Assembly: GCA_050250895.1 (NCBI GenBank)
Contig: JBFWNU010000001.1
Location: 3,012,891-3,076,890 of the forward strand
Length of the DNA stretch: 64,000 bases
Origin: Vulcanimicrobiota bacterium
Lineage (GTDB): Bacteria; Vulcanimicrobiota; Xenobia; Xenobiales; JADMJV01
Direction: 5' to 3'
A program made the position numbers and the translations under genes. Shown piece by piece: positions 38,189-47,319 of this stretch; position 1 is the first letter of the stretch; every line of letters begins with the position of its first letter. Under the pieces are notes generated by a model that was not told where the DNA came from, did no database searches, and was given only the letters and a program-made list of their open reading frames with translations.

Positions 38189-38660
38189 CCTGGTCGAGGT
38201 GATGGTAGCCGGCGGCCTGTTTCTGGTCCTGGTTACGGCTGTTCTCTTCACCCTTGAGCTGGGGCGTCGCAATCAGGGCAAACAGGGCGAGCGCGAGGCC
38301 GCCGTGCGGGCTTGCCTGCTCACGGTCGAGCATCTGCGCAAAGCCCTGGCCACCGGCTTCGTCGAGTCGGTCACGGCCGATGAGCTGGTCTATCGGCAGG
38401 CTCGCATCGGCGCCAACGGCATGCCCGAACTGGGCGCCACCGGCGAGGTCATGTGGCTGGCTCCTAATCGGGTCTGGCTCGAGCAAGGTACCGTGTGGCG
38501 TGACTACGAAGGGCAGTCGCGCGTCCTGGCCCGGCTGGGCGACGAGGGGAGCCTGAGTTTTGCGCAGGTGCGCTCGGACCTGCTCGAGGTCTCGGTGAGC
38601 TCGAGCTTGGGGACGGGCTATTCCGTGACCACCCGGCTACGCCTGCTCAATCAGTTCTGA
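38151..38660 (+). CDS. PilW-like prepilin protein
   Basis: G|VSLVE motif plus hydrophobic helix. Confidence 0.7.
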   Translation: MPTPCRRSCTGVSLVEVMVAGGLFLVLVTAVLFTLELGRRNQGKQGEREAAVRACLLTVEHLRKALATGFVESVTADELVYRQARIGANGMPELGATGEVMWLAPNRVWLEQGTVWRDYEGQSRVLARLGDEGSLSFAQVRSDLLEVSVSSSLGTGYSVTTRLRLLNQF

Positions 38661-39085
38661 ACCGCCTCGGCCCCCTGGGTGCCGGTGCTGCTGCCCGATT
38701 TTTCGCCGCTGGGGTCGAAGGTCTGCCCGGGCTGTTGTCGTTGCCGGTCTTGACCGCCTCCCAGGGCGGTAGGCAGGTCGCGAGCCGCGGGCGACTTTGG
38801 CCAGTTGTTGGTCTGGACCCGCGAGCCCCAGGCCATGTGGTTATGCTTGGGGTCCAGCCGCTCTTGACTCATCGGTCGGGAGAGCGCCTCGACCACGGCC
38901 ATGGCGTGGGCCGAAGGTGGGCTCTGGGGCCGGCGAGCCTCCGGCGAGAGATGAGCCAGATCCTGCGGCCAGGTCGACTGGGGGGTGGGGGCCGGCGGGG
39001 GGGCCACGGCCAGCCCCCGGGCCTCCATCAGTTCTTCCCAGCGGCGCGGTCGCTCCTGATTGATTCCACTCAGATAGTTAGCCAC
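38651..39085 (-). CDS. Hypothetical low-complexity protein
   Basis: GTG start 6 nt after TGCTAAGCT; QDLAHLSPEAR motif. Confidence 0.55.
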   Translation of the reverse strand: MANYLSGINQERPRRWEELMEARGLAVAPPPAPTPQSTWPQDLAHLSPEARRPQSPPSAHAMAVVEALSRPMSQERLDPKHNHMAWGSRVQTNNWPKSPAARDLPTALGGGQDRQRQQPGQTFDPSGEKSGSSTGTQGAEAVQN

Positions 39086-39157
39086 CCCACCAGCTTAGCA
39101 GGCCCAGCCGGAGAATCTCTTGGAATTGTTACCGCGAGCTTGCCCGCGGCTGAACAT

Positions 39158-40183
39158 TTAGGGCAAGATGGCGAAGGCCCGGGCCGGAAAGCCCAGCCCT
39201 TTCTCGGGCTTAGGCCAGCTGACCACTAGCAGAGCCCCGGTGGGCGGCACCTGGTCGAGATTGGTCATCACCTCGACCTGCCAGTGACCGTGCTGCAAAA
39301 GCCAGGTTTCGGCCTCGAGGTTGGGCGTGTTGTCGGTATCGAGGGCTTCGTGGCCGTTGGCCGTAATGCCGCGCTGTTGGTAGAGAAAGCGGATGGCTTC
39401 GGGGGACCAGGCCGGAAAGGGGTGGCGGCGGAAACGGTTGGTGTTCCAGTCCTTCGACAGATCGGTGCGCAGGGCCGCAAAGCATCCTTCCGGCACTCGG
39501 CCGTGCTCGTTCTCCCACTCGAGAATGTCGTCCACGGTCAGTTCGTAGGCCGGATGGTCCGCCAGCTTGGGGGTGATGTCGAAGACCACCATGGGCAGGA
39601 TCATCTGCTCGATAGGAATCTCGTCCACGGTCTGGCCCTCGGCCGAAAAATGGGCGGGAGGATCGATGTGGGTGCCGTACTGGCCCACCAGCGAATAGTG
39701 GGTCGCGCGAAAGCCGTCTTTTTCGAGGCTATAGGCCCGTCCCGTCTTGGGGTCGGCGGCGGGTCGGAATTGGGACGGACCAAAGCCTTCCCAGACCGGA
39801 GTGGTGGGGCTGAAGCGGTGAGTAAGGTCGACCCACTTTCGGGATTTCAGCCAGCGGTAGGCCTCGGCCAGGGCGGCCTTCTCGACATCCGCCAGGCCGC
39901 CGCCGTTCACGACCTGGCTGTAGCCGCGCTCCTCGAGTTGGGCTTTGAGTTGGGCGGCTCGACGGCCGCTCTTGCAGTAGAGCAGGATAGGCCGGGCCTT
40001 CTCGGACGGCAGCACCTCGAGGTGCTCTTGCAGACGGTCGTGGGGCACGTTGATGGCCCCCTCGAAGTGGCCTTCGGAATATTCCTGGGGAGTGCGGGCA
40101 TCGATCACCAACTGGCCGCGCAGGACCGGCTGGGCCCAGGCCACCGTGTTCAGGCAAAGTAGAAAAATGAGTAACCGTTTCAC
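39158..40183 (-). CDS. Secreted rhodanese + cyclase (kynurenine formamidase-like) fusion
   Basis: Signal peptide; IDARTPQEY..GH..GA, LLYCKSGRRA; VDLTH, QYGTHIDPPAHF, GFPARAFAI. Confidence 0.82.
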   Translation of the reverse strand: MKRLLIFLLCLNTVAWAQPVLRGQLVIDARTPQEYSEGHFEGAINVPHDRLQEHLEVLPSEKARPILLYCKSGRRAAQLKAQLEERGYSQVVNGGGLADVEKAALAEAYRWLKSRKWVDLTHRFSPTTPVWEGFGPSQFRPAADPKTGRAYSLEKDGFRATHYSLVGQYGTHIDPPAHFSAEGQTVDEIPIEQMILPMVVFDITPKLADHPAYELTVDDILEWENEHGRVPEGCFAALRTDLSKDWNTNRFRRHPFPAWSPEAIRFLYQQRGITANGHEALDTDNTPNLEAETWLLQHGHWQVEVMTNLDQVPPTGALLVVSWPKPEKGLGFPARAFAILP

Positions 40184-40254
40184 GCCCTTGACTACGACCC
40201 CGCCCGGGGCCGTTCCTTGGGGGTGAACTCAGCTCGGACCAAGAAGTAGACGGA

Positions 40255-40857
40255 ATGAAGCCACCTGCGTTCTTGCCCTCCTTTTGCATCTTTCTGGTGC
40301 TGGACTTGCTGGGGATTGTGAGCATCCCGTTCCTGCTGGGGATCGATCCCAATCTGGCCATCATGGTGTTGCTGGCGTTGCTTTATCTCGTGCCCGCCCT
40401 GGCCAGCACGGCCGGTTGGAGCACCATCAACTGGATGAAAGAGCAAGCCGGAGACACGGGCTCCGGCTTGGCCCGGCTCATCGCCGGCAGCAGCCTGGTG
40501 TTCTTGCTTTGCGCCGTGCTGGTCACCGTGCTCGATGGTCAGCACAACCTGGGTGTGGCGCTGTTCTATATCTACTGCCTGATTCTGTGCCTGCGGCTGG
40601 CGCCGGGAGCGATCATCAACGTGGCCGTGGCCGCGCCTCTAGCCTTTATAGGCAAGAGCAAGCGAGCCCGTGTGGCCGCCCTGGTCGCCGGCCTGTCCAG
40701 TGGTGTGGGGTTGTGGTTGGTGCGTGAGATCTACGCGTCCAATAGCGGCCAGCAGAACCTGATGATGGCCCTCTTTATGGCCTTGAGCTTTGGCTACGGT
40801 CTGACCTGGGGAGGCGCTCTCAGCTGGGTGGCCGCCAAGATCCGTCAGCGAGGCTAA
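40255..40857 (+). CDS. Hypothetical membrane protein (about 6 TM)
   Basis: Hydrophobic ORF co-oriented with the downstream gene. Confidence 0.65.
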   Translation: MKPPAFLPSFCIFLVLDLLGIVSIPFLLGIDPNLAIMVLLALLYLVPALASTAGWSTINWMKEQAGDTGSGLARLIAGSSLVFLLCAVLVTVLDGQHNLGVALFYIYCLILCLRLAPGAIINVAVAAPLAFIGKSKRARVAALVAGLSSGVGLWLVREIYASNSGQQNLMMALFMALSFGYGLTWGGALSWVAAKIRQRG

Positions 40858-42807
40858 GTGGGAGGCGAAGAGTCGTTAGACCTTTTCCTGGCTCAGCTGA
40901 GAGGGGCGGGGGAGGTCGACTCGGAAGGCGGGTTCTCGATCGACCTGCGCAAAGCCATCGCGCGTTTGGACTCGATCCAGATCGCCCGGCCCGATCTCTA
41001 CTTTCGTCATTTGGTGGCGGCCGGGATTGCCTCCGCGGCCACCTGGGTGCGGGTCCAAACCAGGGGACGGCGAGTCTGTATCGAGCATGACGGCCAGCCC
41101 CTGTCGTTCGAGACCATGCAGGAGATCTTTCCCAGTCTTTTCATGAGCCCGCTCAAAGCCAGAGCCTATCTGCGTGAACTGGCCGTGGGGCTCCACGGCG
41201 CTCGGATGGCAGGCCTCACTTCGTTGGTGCTCGAGTCGTGGTCGGGCGGGGAGGGGGCTCGACTCCAAGTCGCTGGCTGCAGGCTCGAGATTCGGCCTTT
41301 GAAGACTCAGCCCAAATGGCAGAACGCCGGCGCCACTTGCTCGGTCACCCTCAAAGACCCGCGGGCCCTGATGGATTACCTCTTCGTCAATCCCTACGCT
41401 CCTAAGGAGCCGGACTGGCGCCAGCTACGCTATGCCGCGGTTCCGATCGAAGTCAACGGTTCCCTATGTAACGCGCTCCCGACGCTCGAGGACCCGGTGC
41501 TGGTGGTGGCTCTCCGGGGCACTGACGGGACCTTGCCAGAGGTCCCGCTGGATGAGCAGGTCCAGAGCGCTCGAGTGGACTTGCCGATCAGTGGCTATCT
41601 CTATCTCGACCAGAGCCCGCGAGTCAGACTGCAGGGCATCGGTCCGCTCGACTTGCAGCTCGGCGGCCATCTCTACCTCGAAGGTGGGCCTGGCAGCACG
41701 ATCCATATCGTCATCCACGGAATCGACTACCCCTGCCGGATGGACCTGCAATTGCCTGGCTCGGCTGGACTGATCTACTGCAACGAGGTGCTTCGGGACG
41801 CCTCGCTATCGGGCGTGGTCCAAAACGAGTTTTTCGAGACGTTGCGGCAACGGCTTGCTCGTGAACTGGCCAGGGCCATCGTTCGCCTGGCCCAGACCAC
41901 TGACAACTCGGCTCTGGTCGATTGTTTCCGCCAGGCGGTGGCCGGCCTGGTCGAGCCCGACGAGGTTTCCCAGCAGAGCGGAATCCAGGCTTTCGATACC
42001 TCCAGCGGGCCCAGATCGCTGCGAGAGTTGGCGGCCAGCTATCAGCAGCACAGATTTCTCGTCGCCGGCGACGGCTCTGACTATCGACCCCCGTTTTCGG
42101 CTCTGGTGGTGGCAGTCGACGATTGGTGCCGCCATCTGCTCGAGACCCGCTTTGCGGGCTGGGTGGACATCAGGACGCTTCGCTTGCTCTATGCCGGCTC
42201 TGAGCCAAGAGACGAGCCGCTGGCCGGCGTCCCTTTTGCTTTTGCTCACCAACTGGGGACCGTCTTCGCTCATCTGCGCCTGCCCGCCACGCCATTCTTG
42301 CGCCCCGCGCGCCTATTGCTGGTCTCCAAAGGTCAAGTCATTAAACAGAGCTGGCTGGCCGGGCAACCCCGAGGATTGGAACTGGTGTTTGAGGTGGGAG
42401 CCCATCGCCAGGTTGCAATCGAAGGCTTTCTGCATCAGGTCCTCTCCCAGGTGGACCACCTCTATCAGCTGCTGCTCGAGAGTCACCACGACCTGTCCGA
42501 GGTGGCTCAGGAGCACGTGTTGGCGTTTCTGGCCACTCGGTCCGGGCGACTCGACGAGTACCAGGAACTCGTCTCGCGCGTATCGATTCGCTTTGATGAG
42601 GCGCGAGTGGGTCTGGCCGAGATCTTGAGCGGACAGAACTGGGCTTACACCTGTACCGACTCCGAAGGCGCTCTTCGTTTGACCGCTTTCCAGCTGGTCT
42701 GCCTGCGCGAGCTGATGCCTTCAGGCACGCTGGTGTCGGTCGACCCGGTCGAGATTCTGCCGGAGTCTGGCCAGGTCGACTCAGGTTACTTCATACCATT
42801 TCCCTGA
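40858..42807 (+). CDS. Hypothetical protein with degenerate GHKL/HSP90-like N-terminal domain
   Basis: SEGGFSIDLRKA...YFRHLVAAG..SAA..V.V......IEHDG resembles a decayed N-box/G1 region. Confidence 0.45.
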   Translation: MGGEESLDLFLAQLRGAGEVDSEGGFSIDLRKAIARLDSIQIARPDLYFRHLVAAGIASAATWVRVQTRGRRVCIEHDGQPLSFETMQEIFPSLFMSPLKARAYLRELAVGLHGARMAGLTSLVLESWSGGEGARLQVAGCRLEIRPLKTQPKWQNAGATCSVTLKDPRALMDYLFVNPYAPKEPDWRQLRYAAVPIEVNGSLCNALPTLEDPVLVVALRGTDGTLPEVPLDEQVQSARVDLPISGYLYLDQSPRVRLQGIGPLDLQLGGHLYLEGGPGSTIHIVIHGIDYPCRMDLQLPGSAGLIYCNEVLRDASLSGVVQNEFFETLRQRLARELARAIVRLAQTTDNSALVDCFRQAVAGLVEPDEVSQQSGIQAFDTSSGPRSLRELAASYQQHRFLVAGDGSDYRPPFSALVVAVDDWCRHLLETRFAGWVDIRTLRLLYAGSEPRDEPLAGVPFAFAHQLGTVFAHLRLPATPFLRPARLLLVSKGQVIKQSWLAGQPRGLELVFEVGAHRQVAIEGFLHQVLSQVDHLYQLLLESHHDLSEVAQEHVLAFLATRSGRLDEYQELVSRVSIRFDEARVGLAEILSGQNWAYTCTDSEGALRLTAFQLVCLRELMPSGTLVSVDPVEILPESGQVDSGYFIPFP

Positions 42808-42849
42808 GTCGCCTTTCCTCTACCCGTCTGGCATGTTAGAACTATAGGG

Positions 42850-43221
42850 ATGCGAGGCAGAGCGGCCATGGTGTTGACCGAGGCGGTGGTAGCATTGGCT
42901 GCCCTGATTCCAATCGTCATCATCCTGATAGGCATTTTCCCTTATGCTTATTCCGTCGATCAGACAGCCTGGCAACGAGTAGGGGCTCAAGATCTTGCGG
43001 TCAGCGCCCTGGCCCAGGCGCGCCAGAGCGACTTCGACAGCCTCTCCTCTTCCAGCCGCCTGGCGCAGGTCGAGGGGATTGACTATACCGTCGAGGTGAC
43101 CGTCACTCCCACTCCCTCCAGCGGCACCGCGCGCAAGAAGGCAGTGCTCGTCGAAGTCAGCTGGCAGACACCGCGGCGACGCGAAGTGATGTCCATCGAG
43201 ACCAGGCTGGTTCGGCAATGA
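42850..43221 (+). CDS. PilV-like pilin protein
   Basis: RAA|MVLTE variant motif; KKAVLVEVSW strand. Confidence 0.65.
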   Translation: MRGRAAMVLTEAVVALAALIPIVIILIGIFPYAYSVDQTAWQRVGAQDLAVSALAQARQSDFDSLSSSSRLAQVEGIDYTVEVTVTPTPSSGTARKKAVLVEVSWQTPRRREVMSIETRLVRQ

Positions 43222-43808
43222 GGCGCGGCTTCACCCTCGGCGAAACGCTGGTAGGCCTGGCCGTGGTCTCGGTGATCTTGACCATTCTGCTGATGGTCTT
43301 TAGCCACAGTCTACGGGTCTGGAACCTCACCCAGGCTCGCTCCACCGACCGCTCGGCCCTGATGTTCGCCGAGAAGGCGCTGTCAGACGATCTTTCGGGC
43401 AGTTCCGCCGATACCTTGACGGTGCTAACCGATCCCGGCCTGTGGGCGGTATCGTTTCTCGAGTCGAGGCGGTTCGACACGCTGTCCGGGCGACCCGTCT
43501 GGGAAAGGTTGGTGGTCTACAGCCTGGTTGACGGCCAGCTCCACCGCCGAACTTGGACTCCGCCCGGACCTCCGGTGTTGGTGCGGGTGCTTCCCTCCAC
43601 CATCGGCTTTGCTATCACCCAGGCCGAACTGCGCACGATCTGCGCCACTCCCAACCCCCAGCGCCGCTTGATTGCCACCGGCGTCGATAGCGTCGAGCTG
43701 GCGGCCCAGGCGGACGGCAGCTGGCGCCTGACCCTGCAAGCCCGCACCTTGACCCAGAAAGGGGTCGAGGTCCAGCAACGCCAGCTCGACCTGGGGATGC
43801 TGCAATGA
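43218..43808 (+). CDS. PilW/PulJ-like prepilin protein
   Basis: MRRG|FTLGE motif; GRPVW..LVVY. Confidence 0.78.
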   Translation: MRRGFTLGETLVGLAVVSVILTILLMVFSHSLRVWNLTQARSTDRSALMFAEKALSDDLSGSSADTLTVLTDPGLWAVSFLESRRFDTLSGRPVWERLVVYSLVDGQLHRRTWTPPGPPVLVRVLPSTIGFAITQAELRTICATPNPQRRLIATGVDSVELAAQADGSWRLTLQARTLTQKGVEVQQRQLDLGMLQ

Positions 43809-45082
43809 GGCGCCGCGGCCTGGCCCTGTTGCCAGTCTTGATGGTCGGCTTGCTGTTGTTGTTGTTCGGTCTGACCCTGGTGAATCTGGCCACGGTCAAC
43901 TATCGAGCCGCAGCCATTCGCTTCGACCAGCAGGTGGCCCTCGAGGGGGCCCGGGCGGGGGTCGACGAAGTGGCGGCCGAGCTCATGGACAACGTCGACT
44001 TCGGGAAGGCCGGCGAGGTGGTGAGCCAGCCCCTGGCCAACGGCTGCAGCTATACAGTGACCTTCGCGGTGGGGCCCGAGCCTTATTCGACCAACAATCT
44101 CGACGGATTGGGCACGGCTTCGGGATGGAACGGTCGCACCGTTCCTCCTCACTGCGCCCACCTGGTGGCCGTGGCCACTACCCGCACCGGCCGACGCCGG
44201 ATCGTCGAGTCGGTCATCACCCTCGAAGCCATCCCCTACACCCTGGCCGGCTCGGGCCCCGTGTCGGGCGACGCGATCACGGTGGCTGGGGCCGATTCGC
44301 TGTTGTCCGCTCTGGCGGGCGAGAATCTGCTGGCCGCCCATGTCTATAGCGACTCCAGTAGCGCCGCGGCCATCACCTTGACCGGCCCGTCGGTGGTCAG
44401 CGGCGATGTCCGCACTCCTGGCGGCGTGAATCTGGACGCCCTCACCACGGTGGCCGGCTCCATCGATACCGGAGCCAGTTCGATCCAGCTGCCCCTGCTC
44501 GACATCCAGTCTTTTAGCAACGTGAGCTTTCCGGGCGTCCAGGTGGTACCGGGCGGCAGTTACGGTCTGCTCAGCCCCCTCAACACCACCGGGGGTCCGG
44601 GGTTGCCGGCCACCCACGTGCTGAGCGGGCCCGTCTACATCGACGGCTCGGTGCACCTGACCGGCAATGTCCTGCTGCAGAACGCCTTCGTGTTCGTGGA
44701 TGGCTCGGGAAGCTTCGAAGTCGACGGGATGCTGACCGGCACGGGCTCGCTGTTCGTGACCGGAGATACCTCGTTTCTGGGGGCGGCCGTGCTCGACCAG
44801 GATAACAAGATCGCGGTCTTTGGGCAGGGTCAGATCGACATACCGACCGGAAGCTTCTTTCAGGGAGCGCTCTATTCCAATACTGGCATCACCACGGCCA
44901 CCAACATCACGGTGCTGGGGTCGGTCATCGCCAACGGGCCGGGGGGGCCGGCCTCGGTTCACATGGGCGCCCTCTCCCGGGTGATCCATGTTCCCGAGAT
45001 TTCGGCCTTTGCCAGCTACTGGTTTGCCCGGGGAGGGAATTCGGCAGGCGTTCGCCGCTTGTTCTGGAACGAAGTCCGGTGA
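43805..45082 (+). CDS. PilX-like minor pilin with beta-helix-like C-terminus
   Basis: RRRG|LALL; ARAGV; YSTNNL; GSLFV/GALYS/GSVIA repeats. Confidence 0.72.
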   Translation: MRRRGLALLPVLMVGLLLLLFGLTLVNLATVNYRAAAIRFDQQVALEGARAGVDEVAAELMDNVDFGKAGEVVSQPLANGCSYTVTFAVGPEPYSTNNLDGLGTASGWNGRTVPPHCAHLVAVATTRTGRRRIVESVITLEAIPYTLAGSGPVSGDAITVAGADSLLSALAGENLLAAHVYSDSSSAAAITLTGPSVVSGDVRTPGGVNLDALTTVAGSIDTGASSIQLPLLDIQSFSNVSFPGVQVVPGGSYGLLSPLNTTGGPGLPATHVLSGPVYIDGSVHLTGNVLLQNAFVFVDGSGSFEVDGMLTGTGSLFVTGDTSFLGAAVLDQDNKIAVFGQGQIDIPTGSFFQGALYSNTGITTATNITVLGSVIANGPGGPASVHMGALSRVIHVPEISAFASYWFARGGNSAGVRRLFWNEVR

Positions 45083-46347
45083 AAATCCGCTGGCTCGCGC
45101 TGCTCCTGGCCATCTGGACTGTGCCGGGGCTGGCGCAGGAGCGATTCTTGCAGCTCGAGACCGTCCCCCCCGAGGCTCAGGTGACGGTGTACTCACCCAG
45201 CCTTCCCACCGGCAAGATGGAGGGCAAGGAACTTACCCTGCCGGCGCAGGTGGGGTCCGTTACGGTCCGGGTTATTGCTCCAGGCTATCTTGCCCGGGAA
45301 CAAGACTTGCAGTTGTTGAGTCGCAATCAGCACGGGCCCAACAGCTGGGCCTTCACCATCGTACTCGAGCCTCAGGGAGTTCTCGGTCACTTGCGCCACC
45401 TGGTCCGGTACCGACCCTGGCTGGTGGCTCTCGGGCTGGGCGGGTTCGGCCTGCTGGGATTTGGCTACCACCGTCGCCAGAGCCACCGGCGCCTGACGGT
45501 GGAGCGCGAGAAGGAAGCCCTGCAACAATGTTATGACGAGGTCAATCCTGATCTCACGGGGAAACAGATCGACTCCTATCATCTACTCGAGTTGTTGGGC
45601 GAAGGCGGTTTTGCCCAGGTCTATAAGGTCCGCCACGTCGACTATGACGAGTATGCCGCCTTGAAGGTCCTCAAGGAGAAGGTGCTCGACGAGCGGTCAT
45701 GGCGACGGCTGGCTCGCGAAGCCAAGATAGGGACCCAGCTCGACCACCCCGGGGTGGTCAAGACGATGGCCTACGGCACCTACCGCGACCGGCCTTACCT
45801 GGTGATGGAACTGGCGGAAGGCCGGTCCCTCGAGAAGCTGGTAGAGCAACCCTTGCCGCTGGAAGAGGCCCTGACGATCTTTGCCGAGTTGTGCCAGGTG
45901 ATGGCCTACGCTCACGGTCAGGGCGTGATCCACCGCGACCTCAAGCCCGGCAACATTCTGGTGGGCCCGCAAGGCGTGAAGGTGTTGGACTTCGGGGTCG
46001 CTCGGCTGCGTTCGGACCTCAAGATCACGGCTCAGGGCGAAGTGGTCGGTACGCCCGACTACATGTCGCCCGAGCACATCCAGGGTAAGCCCGATGCCCG
46101 CTCGGACATCTATTGCTTGGGTTTGATCCTGTACGAGATGTTGACCGGGCAGGCCGCTTACGAGGGTACGACTCCGGCCCGGGTGATGGCCATGCATCTA
46201 CACGCGCCGCCGCCCAAGGTCAGGGCGGTGCGTCCCGAACTTCCCTCCGAGGTCGATCAGCTACTGGAGGCTTTGCTAGCCAAGCGGCCCAAGAATCGTA
46301 TCCAGACCGTGGAAGAGGTGCTCTTTCGTCTGGCGGACATCGTTTAA
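45079..46347 (+). CDS. Ser/Thr protein kinase with extracellular PEGA-like domain
   Basis: Signal peptide, ETVPPEAQV..APGY, TM, GEGGFAQV, HRDLKPGN, DFG, GTPDYMSPE. Confidence 0.92.
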   Translation: MKIRWLALLLAIWTVPGLAQERFLQLETVPPEAQVTVYSPSLPTGKMEGKELTLPAQVGSVTVRVIAPGYLAREQDLQLLSRNQHGPNSWAFTIVLEPQGVLGHLRHLVRYRPWLVALGLGGFGLLGFGYHRRQSHRRLTVEREKEALQQCYDEVNPDLTGKQIDSYHLLELLGEGGFAQVYKVRHVDYDEYAALKVLKEKVLDERSWRRLAREAKIGTQLDHPGVVKTMAYGTYRDRPYLVMELAEGRSLEKLVEQPLPLEEALTIFAELCQVMAYAHGQGVIHRDLKPGNILVGPQGVKVLDFGVARLRSDLKITAQGEVVGTPDYMSPEHIQGKPDARSDIYCLGLILYEMLTGQAAYEGTTPARVMAMHLHAPPPKVRAVRPELPSEVDQLLEALLAKRPKNRIQTVEEVLFRLADIV

Positions 46348-46429
46348 CAACTCGTTTACCGAGCCCCGCCTCGGTAAGGCTATGCTCAGGCCGGTCTCCA
46401 AAGCTCTCTCACCACTTTGGAGGACGACC

Positions 46430-46876
46430 ATGAGAATTCACAACGGTTTTACCCCGGCCGCGCCGATGGCCCTGCGCTCGGCCCGCCAACCCGACCCCGG
46501 GCCGATGGACCAGATAACCCTCGGCAGCCCGGTTCGCACGGCGGCCGTGGCCGCCGGTGTGGGTGCCGCGATTGGTGCGGGCACTTCGCTGCTCTATGCC
46601 ACGATGGACCGGGGCACGGCCACTTCTATCCATATGGGCCTGATTCTGGCCGGCGGACTGGCTGGAGCCCTCACCCTCAACGGCGCCCTCGAGCCGCGCG
46701 TCGGTGATGCTGGCCTTGCCCGGGCCCTGGGCGGCCTGGCCGGGGCCGGCTTCGTGTGGGGAACGAGCGGTTTCGGCATTCTGGCCTCCGTGCCGATGGG
46801 AACGGTGGCAGGGGCCCTGATCGGCGCAACCTACGGTGGAATGGGCGCCGTGATTCTGGGTACCACCGGGTCCTGA
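46430..46876 (+). CDS. Glycine-zipper-like membrane protein with low-complexity N-terminus
   Basis: GGAGG RBS; MRIHNG...MDQITLGS leader, GxxxG hydrophobic helices. Confidence 0.65.
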   Translation: MRIHNGFTPAAPMALRSARQPDPGPMDQITLGSPVRTAAVAAGVGAAIGAGTSLLYATMDRGTATSIHMGLILAGGLAGALTLNGALEPRVGDAGLARALGGLAGAGFVWGTSGFGILASVPMGTVAGALIGATYGGMGAVILGTTGS

Positions 46877-46959
46877 GTCGGTCGGCGCGGCAGGTCTCAC
46901 AGTGTATTGATGTTTTTGTGTATTGCGTTTCGGATCGCTTTCGACTACACTGAGCGTAT

Positions 46960-47265
46960 ATGGAGACTATGCAAAAACTCACCCAGGAGCGAGTGGAGTT
47001 CGCGGCCAACATGTTCAAGCTGCTCGGCCACCCCCTTCGCTTGCGGATCGTCGAGTTGCTCGACCTCAACGGCGAGATGACGGTGACCGAGATTCAGACC
47101 GCCACCGAAGAGCCACAATCGACCGTCTCGATCTATCTCAATCGAATGAAGACGGTCGGCTTGCTGACCAGCCGGCGCGACGGCAACCAGAGCTACTACA
47201 CCCTGGCCGAGCCCAAATTGCGCACCTTGCTCGACTGCCTGCGCGGCTGCCCCCTCGACGCCTAG
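46960..47265 (+). CDS. ArsR/SmtB family transcriptional regulator
   Basis: FKLLGHPLRLRIV, QSTVS..L, GLL..RRDG...YY.L; C-terminal CLRGC. Confidence 0.9.
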   Translation: METMQKLTQERVEFAANMFKLLGHPLRLRIVELLDLNGEMTVTEIQTATEEPQSTVSIYLNRMKTVGLLTSRRDGNQSYYTLAEPKLRTLLDCLRGCPLDA

Positions 47266-47319
47266 CGCGAAGCCCCGCCAAGAAAAGAGCGGCCGTCGCC
47301 GGCCCGCGCTCGGTCCCCC

